Below, piece by piece: positions 29,989-44,279 of a DNA stretch of 64,000 nt. The translations under genes and the position numbers were made by a program. The notes beneath the pieces are model-generated. The model was not told the DNA's origin. It made no database searches and worked only from the letters and a program-made list of their open reading frames with translations. Numbering within the stretch: the stretch's first letter is position 1; each line of letters opens with the position of its first letter. The DNA comes from the human T2T-CHM13v2.0 reference genome, Homo sapiens, in NCBI RefSeq assembly GCF_009914755.1, contig NC_060929.1, one strand, 5' to 3'.

Positions 29989-30026
<38 letters not shown>
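29892..30026. repeat. Compound (TG)n/(TA)n microsatellite
   Basis: Alternating TG and TA tracts. Confidence 0.97.
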
Positions 30027-30488
30027 ACATTCATGCCCTTGGTTTTATTATTGTAATGTTCTAAACAGATTAATAGATACTATATAGTATCAGGACCTTC
30101 ATTAAAAATAAACATTTTTGATCCATTTTGATATTTTATTTTTTTCATGTTTGTATCCATATGACGAAGGAGGATGGGAAGAAAGAACTCAAATAAGGTG
30201 AAGGGAGGGAAGAAGGAAGAATCTCTGTCTTTCTTTCTAACTTATTTTCTTACTCTTTCTGAAAGTCACCAGAAAATGCCCCACAGATGTCTCTGAATAA
30301 ATAATTCCCCAGATTTCTCCCTGACTCCCATATGAAGATGGAGATGCATCAGTAAGCTTTAGCATAACCATTGTTGCTAGGACCGTGTGACTCATGGTGC
30401 TTCCAATTAATAGTTAAGAATTTACACTGTGTCCAACAATGCTTGCTGAAGTCTGCATGATAAAAGGCAGGGCCCTATTCCCCTATAT

Positions 30489-30719
30489 CAAGATTTCTCA
30501 ACAGTGGCACTAATGACATATGGGCACAGGTAATTTTTGTTAGGAATGAAGAGGGATGACTGTCTTTTGCCTTTTCAGATATTTAGCAGCATGTCTGGCC
30601 TTTACACGTTAGATGCTAGAGAACCCCTTCACCCAGTCTTGACAGTCAAAAGTGTCCCCAGATATTGCCAAACGTCATCTGAAGGGTGGGAAAGAATTGC
30701 GTCCAGTTGAAAACCACTG
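30489..30719 (-). mobile_element. MER20 (hAT-Charlie non-autonomous DNA transposon)
   Basis: TIRs CAAGATTTCTCAAC / GTTGAAAACCACTG, MER20 internal motifs, 8-bp TSD CCCTATAT. Confidence 0.88.
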
Positions 30720-31149
30720 CCCTATATAAACACTTATCTCAGTACAACAGCCATAATACCTCACAGATTTTTTTAGAGCCAGGGAGATCACTCTAAATTT
30801 CTCTGCAAGAGTCAAACACAGATCTCTTTGGGCTTGCTGAGGGATCAACCTCAGCACACTCTGCAATGTAGCCACTTCTACCCCTCCTCACCCCCCAGAT
30901 CCTTTGGCCCTGAGTTGCCATTTCTTCTTCCAGCCATCCGTCTCCCACCCAGTGGCCTCTAACCAACCCATTCACGCATAGTTTGAATTTAATTTTCAAA
31001 GTATCAATAAACAAGCTAAATACGTTAGTCAGGTATATATTACTTCTTTGATAATAGAGTTATAGTCTAGGCCCTGTTGTTGATGATTCTATCTGACTGG
31101 GTTCATAGTATGACTGGCTTATAAAGGATGATGAAATTCTCATGAGGCA

Positions 31150-31390
31150 GAATAGCACATGTGTTTCAGTTAAGAATTTACGTTCTGAATTTGGACACTC
31201 TGGGTTTACATCCTAGCTCCACAATTTTCCAGATGTCTGTAACTTTGGGCAAATGACTATTCTCTGCCTCAGTTATGATCATCAATAAAACGGGCATAAT
31301 AATAGTACTTTTCTCATGAAACAGTTATGAAGTTTAAATAAGATACTACCTGGGAAACTACTTAGAAGAATGTTTAATAATAAGCTATTT
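31150..31390 (+). mobile_element. MIR SINE
   Basis: CTGGGTTTACATCCTAGCTCCAC...TTGGGCAAATGACT...TCTCTGCCTCAGTT. Confidence 0.7.
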
Positions 31391-33710
31391 TTTCTATCTA
31401 AAATAATAGCATATCTTACAAGAGTATCCTGCACACAAATACACATATAATACAACATATGCACACAAAACAACCAAAAGCATGTTTTATTGTAGTCATT
31501 AAGTTTGTAATTAAATAGAATGCCATGTTACATATTGCTTGATCTTATCTTACAACACTAGCATTCTTGATTTGCTTTTATTTCCATCTTAATCAGCAGA
31601 TGCTTAAGTGGCATACTGTTCTGGGAGGAGAAAATATTTAGGCATTTTTGGTTACAATTAGCATTAACTGTAGCCTATAACATCAATGGTGATTTCAGTG
31701 GTCTTAGTTCTCTTGCTCCATAGCATTGCACCCACTGACACATTGTTCTTCATATTTAATCAGTTTTTCTTTAAAAAATATATATATAATCAAAAGTGGA
31801 TATATAAATAACATGAGAGGGAAGAGATCAATAAGTTTTAATGATTTATAGATTACGATGGGAAGAATAGAGGGTGAGAGAATGAGGTAATGGGAAGAAT
31901 TTTATGATGACTAGGTTTCCATCCTATAGTGTGCATGAAACAGAAAATTCAAAAGAAGGAACTATTGTTAGAGGAAAGATGATTAAGTCCAATTTAAACG
32001 TGTATAGATGGAAAAGAGGAGTTGAGAAGAAGCCTGGTGCTATCTGGACCTTGGATCACAGTAAAGAATAAGAGCATTCTCTATGCGATGATTGGAGGAG
32101 AATTTGAAGAAAATCTGCAAAGGAATTTCCAGCTTAACTAAAATTTTTGGAAGCCCAGAGAAAATATATGGTTAGCTCTGTTATCGTACAAATAAGTTTC
32201 CATTAACAGTCTGAATTTCCTACAAGAAGGTACTTAGTTTCCTTGCTACAACATCATTTCAGTTGAAAGGACTGAAGGCATTATTATTCATGTAAAACTA
32301 GAAGAGGTTGCCATCACCCTTTTAACTATTTTCATTTCTAAATATCACTGTCATTTATCTATAAAAATCAATAAGACAAATGGCATTTATGGTCTTCAAA
32401 GGCAGAAGAGATATTAGTAGCTTCATTTAGTTGATATGGAAACCAAATCTCAGCTAATTTATATGACGTATCTGAGAACAGGCTCCTGTAACTGGTAAAG
32501 GAGGAACTAAAACTTAGGGTTTTAAAATTCATCCATATTATCTCCTATCCATTCATTTTGGGTAGACACTTAATAAACATTTGTGTAAAAAATGAAGAAA
32601 TTAACCTCCCTGCCCATTACATCAAAGCAGATACAATCTCAAGGGACAGCTTTCTATTGTCAGAAAAGTATTAAAATATTGCTTTTATCAAAAGCTTTGT
32701 AATAGAATGTTTGACAAACTGCACAAGAGTCCCTTGTCCATCAAACTCACAAAATGCCATTTTGGCAAGAACAGTGGATAAAATTACAAGTAGTCTAACA
32801 TAAGCTTAAAAGAGAAGAAAAGATAGGGAGGGCAAAGCTGTACCTCTCATCCTCGTGGGCAGTAGCCAGTTTGAGTTTCTATCCCAGACTACTCCTAGGA
32901 GATAGGTAGGAAAATAAAAGTGGCATTAGTCTTGTTTTACCAAAATCAAAACAAAAATTAGACAACAATAGGGGATTTACCTAAAATCACACAGATAGTC
33001 CATTAAAGAACAAATAGAATTCAATTGCTTTTAGCTATCCTTTCCAATAGGTTATGCCACCACCTATTACAGACATGTGAACAATTAAATTGGAAAGTGG
33101 CTCAAAAGCAAATGAAATCTCCTTTAATTTGCTAGTCTTTCTATAAAAAAGGAGCCACTTTGGAGCTTCACTATAATGTGACTCACTGTGGTGCAGAATT
33201 TAATATAGTAAATGCATCCTTAGAATTAACTTCAGGAACTTATCTACCAAAATTCTTAAAGAATCTGTTCATAATATGAATTTGACTCACCATTGAGATT
33301 AAGCCTGGGAAAACTGCCACAGAGAGAAACAGCAGCTCTTTGAAGTAACTGACAATTACCATTTTATTTCTTCTGCTCTTTTTCTAAATCTTATAGAGAA
33401 TATTTTGCCATTGCCCATCTAATGACATTACCTAGTCACAGCTGTAAAGTGGGATAATAATAGTATTCTGCCTCATATGTTTGTTAGGAGGATTAAATGA
33501 GTAAATAAGTTAATATTTTTAAGTATTTAAGATAAAAGTATTTGTTACAAAAAGAAAACATATAGTTCATTCTTCCATGCTGGACTGTCAGTGTATCTAA
33601 CTACAAAATGTTTTCGGACTTGAGCTACTGTTTAAAGACAGAAAGGTAAAGGAAAATATTGAAATAGAAAAGTACTGTTTACAAAGGTCACTTAAGGATC
33701 CGATCAAATG

Positions 33711-33714
<4 letters not shown>

Positions 33715-33744
<30 letters not shown>
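33715..33744. repeat. Poly(A) tract, ~30 nt
   Basis: Uninterrupted A run. Confidence 0.95.
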
Positions 33745-33747
<3 letters not shown>

Positions 33748-34784
33748 TTCTTGCTCTGAAAGGATTTTTTTTTAACACAAGGGAGAAAGAAACCATTTTC
33801 TCTATAAATTTCCAGAAATGCAAAGGGGTGTAATGAGTAATTAACTGGAATTCCTAATTAAATACATACAGAGCAGTGGATGTTTCTTGCTTTACTTTAT
33901 CATCTAGTAACATTTCCATGAAGTGGCATCATCTTACACAAGGAACTAAAATGCAAATTCATTATGATTCTGATGACCTTGAATTTGAGCAGAAAGGGAC
34001 ACAAAACTAAGAAGTTTTCTTGAATGTCCCTGAGGGTTTAAAGGTGGAGAAGTATTGAATGTGTATAAATAGTACAAGGAGGTTGCTGTATCCTATTTTC
34101 CTAACTTAGAAATTGACAGGACAAACCCAAGAAGTAGCCCTTGGCACTAGCTGATATTCTAGGTGTGTGGTGAGCTAAGGAGGCATGACCCAAAGCTAAA
34201 AATTTACTAGACCTGTTGAATGTATTCAGATAAAGGAATAAGAGTAAAAAGCAGGTCTTTCTACTTGGAAACTTTGAGACCTCAGTCCAAAGTAAAATAT
34301 TTATTTAAACCATGATACTAAGCTTCATTTGAGTGTCTAATGGCTGAACTATGCTACACAAAGATTGTTCTAAATATGAAGGGCTGTTACACTCACAATT
34401 ACACTACTTTGTGAACGGAATAAAGAGTAGTATAAGGAAAGGACCATAACAGCAAAGTTACCCAGACTAAAAAGCACTTAGAATCATTTCCATTTATAGT
34501 TTTGTTTCATTTCTAACCCAGTTACATTCATCAAGTTAAGGATCTGAAAAAGCAATTTGAAAGTTACAAATTGAACAAATTGAACCTTTCCTAAACCAGT
34601 TTGCATCGAGGTGATGTTATGACTGTGAACTTCACAGCTTTCGTATTCAGAGGTCCCAATTAATAAGATACCCCTGAAGATGCAGCTGAAACTCACTGCC
34701 AATATGGATTTAAGGGACAGTTTAAAATACTCTCCCTACAGAATATACTAAAATGTTGGATAGTCATTAAAATGTTGTGGAAAA

Positions 34785-35005
34785 TACAGTGTGTTTTTGA
34801 GTTCACACTAATTTGGATTCAAGCACTGACTCTCATATAATTGCTTACCACTTTGAGAACTTCTTTGAACATATTTAGCCACAGATTCCTCACCTATAAA
34901 ATGCATATAGTAGCATCAACAACATAACTTACTGGGGAATAAAGTAGATAATTTATGTGGTGCAATTATAAGGTAAATATTCAACAAATGGAAGCTATTA
35001 TTATT
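34785..35005 (+). mobile_element. MIR SINE
   Basis: TTGGATTCAAGCACTGACTCT and TTCCTCACCTATAAAATG. Confidence 0.65.
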
Positions 35006-36776
35006 GACCAAAAAAAGGGAAAATCCACTTTCCATTAGCCATATTATTCTCTTATCACACTGTGTGTGAAATGATGAAAGCATTTCACAGATTCTGTTGA
35101 AATTAAAGTGTTTCTCCTCTTTAATTAAAGGGAGATGATATAAAGATTAGGGACTCCTACCTCCACATATCTGTGCTTAATACCGGTGAATACTTCTGAT
35201 AGGAATTTTCTCTGTTTCCTACTGAATATGTTATTACACAGCAATGATTTCATTGTGGTTTAAAAGCCCTTTTGAGATGCTTTTCTCTTATCATTTTTAT
35301 ACAAGATATCTTCCTTCTTATTTGAGAACAGTTAGCTTTAAGTTCAGGAAGCAATGATTTGCCTTTAACCTTTTATCACGTGAGCTGCCTAAAGTCAGGT
35401 GATCCAAATTTCTGAAAATGTCAGAAAGGTGGGATGGTAAATGTGAATCTGACTCTTCCCTTTGACTGAAATAATATTCTCAGCTTACATATTGAAAGTG
35501 CCCCCAAAGGTAGATTAACACATATATCCAATGACATAGTGTCTTAAAGTGCAGTTGGCACAATGAAGCAGCCCTTGTTTTGTTGTTTCACTCTGTTTTT
35601 GAGTTCAGTAGCTATACAGTAGACTTTTGTCTTGGAAATTAAATTACAGACCAAATTTTTATGTCTAATATTGGCTTAATCAGAGCACCATCCATAATGG
35701 TCTGGCATATAGCATCCACAGAAATAGCCTCCAAAGCCCAACGACAAGGCAATTTCTTCAAGCCAAATATGAAAGCTGGAATAAACTTTGAAGTACCCCA
35801 AATTAGCGGGAATAATTTATCTTACTTATTTTATTATTATAGTCTAATTGTCCATGAATTTGGCTTACCAAATTTTCATATATGCTATCTTATGTAACGA
35901 ATGAATAGAAAGCTAAATAAAGATAAGGGGCAACGAATTAAAAGCATCACCTCTGTACCTCTGTATTTCTAATTAAGAAAGATGTTAATTGAAATCAGAT
36001 TGACATAGAACCCTGTGCAACAATCTCCCTGGCATTGTAATTGGTTTGTGGAGCTGTAGCCCCAGGGTCACTCACTGGAATGATTCCTGCCTGGACTGGG
36101 ATTGACTGAAAATCTTCACCTAAAAAGAAAGCTCCAACTATGAAATAGGACTTCCAGTGCATAAGCAAATACATCCATGTCCAAATTAGATTTTCTTTAA
36201 ACATTTGCAGAGAAAGTATTTGAAGTCAGACCATTTTTCTAATCAGTCGGCCTCAGTGGTTCTTCCCCCATACATTTCCCTTTTGTCAACTTTGGTCACA
36301 TCTAGACCTTTCAATGACTTCACATAGCCTACAGAACAAAGCAGGGTATATCTCAGGACTCTTCAGCATCTGGTCACAAACTACCTGTCCACTCATTTCT
36401 CTTACTCCTCTCCTTCCACCCACTGTACATTCCAACCACAGTTTACTCCCCATACCTGCGTGCCCTGGGCTTCCCACCAAATAGGTAATAATATATTCAC
36501 ATTGTTACACTCACTGGACAACTCTTATGCATTCTCCTCTTCTCTGGAATAACAGAGGCTTAACAAATCCAACCAATCATATCATGCAATACTCAGCCCA
36601 AATAACACCTTTTCCAATACATTTTTAATTGTTCCTCTTGGCTAAAAATAACATCATCTTGTTTGAACTCCCATACCTGTTTATCTGGATCTCCCACTGA
36701 GTTTCTCCCTCTCTACCTAGTAGGTGCTAAACACCTTCAAGATAAAAACCATGTCTTGTTAGTCTTTGTAGTCCTG

Positions 36777-37198
36777 TGTATCAGTTTGTTCTTGCTTTGC
36801 TATAAAGAAATACCTGAGACTGGGTACTCTATAAAGAAAAGAGGTTTCATTGGCTCATGGTTTTGCAGGCTGTACAGGAAGCATGAAGGCATGTGTTGGG
36901 CTTCTGAGGAGGCCTCTGGAAACTTGTAGTTGTGGCAGAAGGTGAATGGGAAGCCAAGCATCTTACATGGTAGAGCAGGAGCAAGAGAGGGCAGAGGTGC
37001 TACACACTTAAAACAACCAGATCTCATGAGAACTCACTCACTCATTATCACAAGAACAGTATCGAGGGAATGCGGCTAAACCATTCATGAGAATTCTGCC
37101 TCCACGATCCAATCACCTTCCAGCAGGCCCCACCCCCAATACTGGGGATTACAATTCGACATGTGATTTGGTTAGGGACACAGATCCAAACCATATCA
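36777..37198 (-). mobile_element. MSTA solo LTR inside an L2 3' end
   Basis: TGTATCAGTTTGTTCTTGCTTTGCTATAAAGAAATACC ... CAAACCATATCA; 5-bp TSD TCCTG/CCCTG. Confidence 0.9.
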
Positions 37199-38609
37199 CC
37201 CTGCTATATCCCCTATACTTATCCTCTGTTAGGCAACTATTAAGTATTCATAAAATAAATTTTGGATTCAAAACTAGATTTATATATTAGCAAGTTCAAA
37301 CACGTATTTTAAAATCTTTATTTGGAATACTACGGAATGCTGTATACTCCTCTGCATTTATTAAGAAAAAGATTAAATATGGATAAATGAAGAGAAAAAG
37401 ATTTAAAAATAAGAGTAACTAGAACATTAAAAAATTTTGAGTAGAAAATAAAGACAATTTACATCTTTTTATCTTATAATATAAAGCCCTTAGTATATCT
37501 TATAGAAATACATAAGATGTAATATAATAAAACTGAGTATTTCAGAATTAATGTACATGTGTCTTGATTCAATATTATCAAAATCTCTGAAAAAGTAATT
37601 GTTGTCTTAAGTCTAATTTAAGGCAGTGAATATTGGTTCACTCCAAGAAAGGCAGAATGTTAGGAATTCAAGTGATAAAATTATGTAATATATCCTTATC
37701 CTCAAGGATTCCACAAGCAAGACACAATCAAACAAACTTATGTAGGAAATAGAATATGCACATGCCAAGAGGGTGTACAAACAAAGTTATAAGAATTTAA
37801 TATTTGGAGGAAAAAAGTGCTTTCTTTAATGAATTTGTGGAATTTAAAATAGACTTTGAGAAAGAGCAGAATGGCTATAGATAGAAAATGGGTAAAGAAT
37901 TCCATGCAGAGAAAAGAGCATAAGCAAAGATATTGAGGAAAGACATTTTTCAGAATTATTCCAGTTTGCCAGAAATACCAACTGCAGGTGGCTAATATTA
38001 ATTATAGTAACACCTAACATCTTTTAAGTGGTTCCCACGTACTGGCATTGTCATAAACACTTTACATGTCTTAAATTCTTCATTTAATTTTTGCAACAGT
38101 ATGTGACTTGAGAACTATATTTCCATTAAATAGTTGAGGAAAATGAAGTACAGTGGGTGGAAAGAGAATGACAGCTTTGAAGATTAGTTGAAATCATGAT
38201 GTAAACTGGATGGAGGAGGTAATGTTTGACCCTTCATCTTCCTCTAATGAATGCATTCTGGTTTTCTGGAAGATGAAGATGGTGGAAAAGAGAGGAGACA
38301 CCAGCTGGAAAAGGCATGGAGGTCAGAAGCAGCACAGCATGTGTGCACATGCCAAGGGCAGGGGCAAAAGAGGACTGTGAGAAGCTAGTTTTTGTTGGAG
38401 AGTGCCATATAAATAGGCTGGAAAGTTTGGTAAACAGCATGAAGATCATGCACCCCATGCTGATCATGCATTTTATATAGGTCACCCTTCCACCTATGTG
38501 GGGAATAAATTTGAAGAGAATTAAAGTGTCAGCAGGGAGACCAAATAAGAAGCCATTGGCCTTAATATTCCAGCAAAAGGTATGTAGAAAAAGGGATGGA
38601 AAATGTGGC

Positions 38610-39385
38610 ACATTATATTATCCAAAAGTGGGTGCCATAATTCCCATCCCACAATTCCAATTCCCAATGTAACTTGAAGACTTCTCTGATCAAGAGGCGG
38701 GGTCAATGTTTCCTCCCCTATAATTACAGCAGAAGTAACACTATCTGACTTGTATTTCTATGATGTTTGGGGGTTTGAGGGGAAGGGATTGTTGGGGGTT
38801 GTTTTGAAACAGGGTCTCTCTCTGTCACCCAGGCTGGGGTGCAGTAGCATGATCACGGCTCACCGCAGCCTCAACCTCCTGGGCTCAAGTTATCCTCCCA
38901 TCTCAGCCTCCTAAATAGCTGAGACTACAGGCGTGCACCAACGTCCGCAGCTAATTTTTTATTTTTTTGTAGATATGGGGGTCTCACTACATTGCCCAGG
39001 CTGGCCTCAAATGCCTGGCCTCACTGATTCTCCCACCTTGCCCTCCCATAGTGCTGGGATTATAGGCCTGAGCCACAACACCCAGCCGCCTGGCTGGATA
39101 CTAGCTCTTGGAGCCCAGCTGCCATATTATAAGGGGGCCCCAACTATCTTTATGTGGAGAAACACACAGAAAGGCCACATGTAAACATCAGCCATCAGCC
39201 CAGCTGTGATCCCAGGCGGTACACACCGTTAACTGCCAGACGTGTGAATTAAGGTGCCTGCTGATGAGTCCAACCCCGAGCCTTCAAGTCTTCCCAGCTG
39301 AGACCAGGATACCCTGAAGGAGAGATTAGCTACCTCTGCTGTTGTTGCTTTAAGCCACTGAGTCTGAAATAGTTTATTACTGGAA
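38610..39385 (+). mobile_element. Old MLT1 LTR (MLT1G/H-like) split by an AluJ
   Basis: ATCAAGAGGCGGGGTCAATGTTTCCTCCCC, CCTTCAAGTCTTCCCAGCTGAG, GTTGTTGCTTTAAGCCACTGAG. Confidence 0.65.
38800..39087 (-). mobile_element. AluJ
   Basis: CAGCCTCAACCTCCTGGGCTCAAG diagnostics; tail is degenerate. Confidence 0.92.
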
Positions 39386-40125
39386 CAGGAGGGAATTGAT
39401 AAATTTCAGAAGAGAGAATCAAAAGGATTTGATGGTTTCTAACAATGATAGCTCCACTGACTTAGAGCTCTGATGGTTGGTAGCAGACTCTAAGACAAAT
39501 TCTTAATATAATGGCCTGAAGGAAAACTCGAGTAACTCGATATCCCTTTAAAATAAAAAAAAATCATATTAAAAAATATTCATATATTTACTAATAAATA
39601 TACATTCTACTGTAAGCAAGTAACTTGCATGTTCAAAAGCAATATTCTCGAAATTATCATTTCAGGCAGTTAACACAATTTTGTCCCTAGAAAACTACAA
39701 ATACTTGAAAATACTTGGAATTTAATATGGGGTAGTTTGAAGGAAGATTATCTCTTGCTTTGTTTTCTTCATTTTTCATGATTCCTATTTATTATGTAGA
39801 AATATGTCATGTTTCCAAATAATCTGCCCAAGATTACTGTAGCCAGACTTTTATGATATATGACTCAGTAGCAATATGGTGGATACCTGGTAGTTTTTAA
39901 AAACATATTCCTTAGGATGGAATGCTTAAACAAATGAGCCAAGCCAGGATAAAACTACTATAGAAAGAAACACTTTTTTTTTTTTGTAAGCAGTGATTTT
40001 ATAAATCATGATTTACTCTCAATATGTTTGTGGTTTTGGGGAGCAATGGTCAGAGGGTGGTTTCATTCTACTAGATGACTTCTCTTCTTGCATCAAAAAG
40101 TAACATCTAATTGTTTTTCCTTAGG

Positions 40126-40395
<270 letters not shown>

Positions 40396-40719
40396 GCAAA
40401 GAAGCAAATTGAAGGAATATATTTTCCTTAGTACTAAATTACCTCCATATGCTAGAGAACACAGGACAAGCATCTTACTGAGCAAGCACTCAGAATTTTC
40501 CCTGTACAACTAAACTAATTAATGCCAAATAGAAAAAGAAACATGGAGGACAGCTTATTCTACATCTCTGTGCTGCATCATTTGCATTAGACTCTGTTTG
40601 ATTCTTACCAGTCTTCTCCTCTGATTCCTTTTAGTCCCCAAGTATGGCCAATGTAGTTGATCATCAAAGTTGTACTTAGTAATCAGTCATTGCCAGTAAT
40701 TATTGCATAACAAAATGGT

Positions 40720-41201
40720 ATATAGGGGAGGAAATTTTTTTTTCACCCATCACCAGGTTCAGGCTAAGGCACCTCTAATAAAAGACAGATGGAAAAGAGA
40801 ATAGCATACAAATTTATTTAATAAATTGTATGTGACATGGGAGGCTTCAGAAATAAAGACCCAAAGAAAAAGGAAAACCTGTGTATTTTTATGCTTAGTT
40901 TGAGGAAGAGTGGAGAGTTGTGCAGAAGTATGATTGAGCAAAGGGGGTGTAATCTAATGGTAATCAATTGGAGGGAGCTTAGCAAGGTCTGTTTGTTCTC
41001 ATTTTTCTCTATGTCCCTGTATTTTCAGAGATAAGGACATTCCTCTCCTCTGGTTGTAAGAAGAATACCTCTTGAGTGAGAGTCTTATGGCCTGCTTCAG
41101 AGGAGTAGGGTGGGAAAAGGTCAGAGAGTGACCTTCCTATATCTACTATCTTCTCACATGGCAAGGAGCCATATTTTACATAGTGTGTCCTGAATCCCAT
41201 C
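40720..41201 (-). mobile_element. MER34A-like ERV1 solo LTR
   Basis: Minus strand GATGGGATTCAGGACACACTATGTAAAATATGGC...GGAAGGTCACTCTCTGACCTT; AATAAATTTGTATGC poly(A) region. Confidence 0.78.
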
Positions 41202-41531
41202 TCTTGGCAAACACAGAGAATATGAAACTCGCTCACGTTAGCATCATCATCATAGTCTGTCTCACTATCCCAGACTTCCCTTTTCTCTAAAACTGTCTCT
41301 AAACAAATTCACTAATGTGATTTTGGAATTAAGTCGATGAGTCATGGTCAAAGAGATGTACTCATGAAAATATTAAGTTTGTAGACCCATGTAAGGTCAT
41401 GGAACACCATGTATAAATAAAAACTGTTTTAATCACACACATTTTTATGTCAGAAGCTCAATATATACATACTCTGTATGTTTGTGTCTATCTCTGGTGT
41501 TTCAGAAGCTAATATTTTTAATATATGATAA

Positions 41532-41897
<366 letters not shown>

Positions 41898-43091
41898 GCA
41901 GCATACTTTTTAAAAGTAATTGATGGCCAATATTGTATAATGTAGCAGGAAACACTAGTTTGTTGCTAAGCTAAATGGACAATTGAGGTTATACATATTC
42001 ATAAGGCTTTGGAACTGTTCCAATAAATGCTGCAACATGTAAAAAGAAGAATGGGCTTGCATTCAATATGTTTTGGTAATTGGCCATGCAAACCCCCAAC
42101 TCCCCTGGGTATGCAACTCTTAAGGAATCATCTTCTAAACCATAATGATTACACAAGCTCTAATGCAATGATTTTACATAATTAAATTTTAAAGTAAATT
42201 TAATGAAACGCTCAAGAATTTTAGAAAATAAGTATTATTACTGCAAACAGGCTAGCAAAACAAGAATGCTCACATATTCCTTCTATCTTTTTCTTATAGC
42301 CAGATTTAATATGTACTTAAGTATGTGTGTGTGTATACATATAAATATATACACTAAATATATATATGTTATATATAATTAGTTCCACAGAAAATAACCT
42401 CTCTTTTAAATAAGAAAAAAGCAAGCAAGAAAGAAATTTCAATGAAAAATAAAATATATAAGCTTCTTCAAACATAGTGGAAAACACAGCTTACTTTGGA
42501 GAAACATGGTTGAAACCATAGCTTACTTTGTGGTTTTTTTAATACATAAATGGATTTAATCTGGTATGTATTCTTCTTTTTTTCTAGAAAAGGATTGGAA
42601 CTATAGTTTAAACCATTATAAACAGCTAGAAATTCAAGTGGTTTAACCAAACTGCAATGCCAAATCAAATTAACATTAAATGAAATGTTTTGGGGAAATT
42701 TTGTATAAAAGACCTGAGTTAAGAACTGTATTTTTGTCTCATCCGCTAATTCGACTCTGTGCTAAGCAAAAGGTTATAAAAAAACAATTATGATTATGTG
42801 CACTAAAATAGAAGATTGTTATTTGACGAACTATGAGTGAGTAGATTTTTTTATTGCTGCCTTTGAAGAGAAGCCCTTGACAAGCTGCAGTGCAGCCCAT
42901 TGTCAGTGGTGGTACTGCATATGTCACGGCCAGGTGGCACTGGCCAACAATGAGCTGAAACAAAGAGACGGTAGCAAGCTCTGTCCAAAGTTTTCAAAAT
43001 ATATTCATAGGAGCAAACTAAATATTTTTAAGAGTGATCTGGATTTAGTAACTTACTTACAAATTATAAACAACGGAAAAGTGAAGAACAG

Positions 43092-44271
43092 TGTATTTGC
43101 TTCCTAGGGCTGTCATAACAAAGTATCACAAATTGCCTGGCTTAAAACAACAGAAAATTTGAAACCACGATTGCAAAATTATGACTGAGACAGTGTAAGA
43201 GATCTGACCTAAACCACTCCATCTTGCTTCTAACCTCCAAGCTGTCCTTGTTCATTCCTGGGCATACACTGAACTAACTTTGGGAGGAACTTAGTTTATA
43301 TAGTTTGAAACAAAGACGATAACAGCCCTTTCCCAAAACAAACCCCCTTCCTGCATGGGGCTAGACCGCCTTTGCAGGACTAACAAATTAGCCCTGAGAT
43401 TAGAAATTATGGTTTGGGAGCCATGCAGCTGGAGACTGCAAGATTCTAAACCTCCTCAAATTGCTCCTGGGGACAACATCACTATTGTAAAACCTAAGAT
43501 CAGTGTTTGAGATATTTTGCAGACCCTGCACTAGATGGATCAACTGGTATCACCCAGATTGATAAACTGGTTCATCTGGTCTTGTGGCCCCAACCCAGGA
43601 ACTGACTCAGCACAAGAGGACAGCTCCAACTCCCTGATTTTCATCTCTGACCATGCCAATCAGAACTCCTGATTCACTGGCCCCCCTGCCTACCAAATTA
43701 TCCTTAAAAACTTCAATCCCCAAATTCTCGAGGGGACTGATTTGAGTAATAATAAAACTCCAGTCTCCCACACAGCCAGCTCTGTGTGAATTACTCTTTC
43801 TCTGTCACAATTCTCCTGTCTTGATAAATTGGCTCTGTCTAGCCAGCGGGCAAGGTGAACCCATTGAGCGGTTACAATTTGTCACCTCCCAGTTCTGGAA
43901 TCTAGAAGTTCAAAATCAAAGTGTTAGCAAGGCCATGCTTCCTCTGAAGCATGTAGGAGAGAATCCTTCCTGCCTCTGCCCTGCTTCTGGGGTAGCTGTG
44001 AATCCCTGGTCTGCAGCTGCATTGCTCCAAATCCTTCCTCTGTCATCACATGGCATTCTCCCTGTGTGTCGCTGTGTCTTCACAGACACTTCACATGGTG
44101 ATTTCCCTGCTTCTAAGGACACCAGTCATACTGGATTAGGGCCCACCCTAGTGACTTCATCTTAACTTGATTAAATTTGCAACCACTCTACTTCCAAAAA
44201 GGTTACATTTACAGGTACTGGGTGCTAGGACTTCAGCATATTTTTTTAGAAGACACAATTGGACACATAAA
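43092..44271 (-). mobile_element. MLT1B/C MaLR LTR split by LTR8
   Basis: CCTAGGGCTGTCATAACAAAGTATCACAAA...AAAACAACAGAAA resumes after 43876 with CAGTTCTGGAATCTAGAAG...GGATTAGGGCCCACCCTA. Confidence 0.85.
43160..43876 (+). mobile_element. LTR8 ERV1 solo LTR
   Basis: TGAAACC...GCAAAATTATGACTGAGACAGTG ... GGGCAAGGTGAACCCATTGAGCGGTTACA. Confidence 0.88.
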
Positions 44272-44279
44272 AGGCGGTT

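Noticed and set aside
29780-30056. Overlapping ORFs with YIYI/CVCV repeats
   Set aside because: Artefacts of the TG/TA microsatellite.
33715-33744. Poly(A) as a processed-pseudogene tail
   Set aside because: No upstream AATAAA, recognisable mRNA body or TSD.
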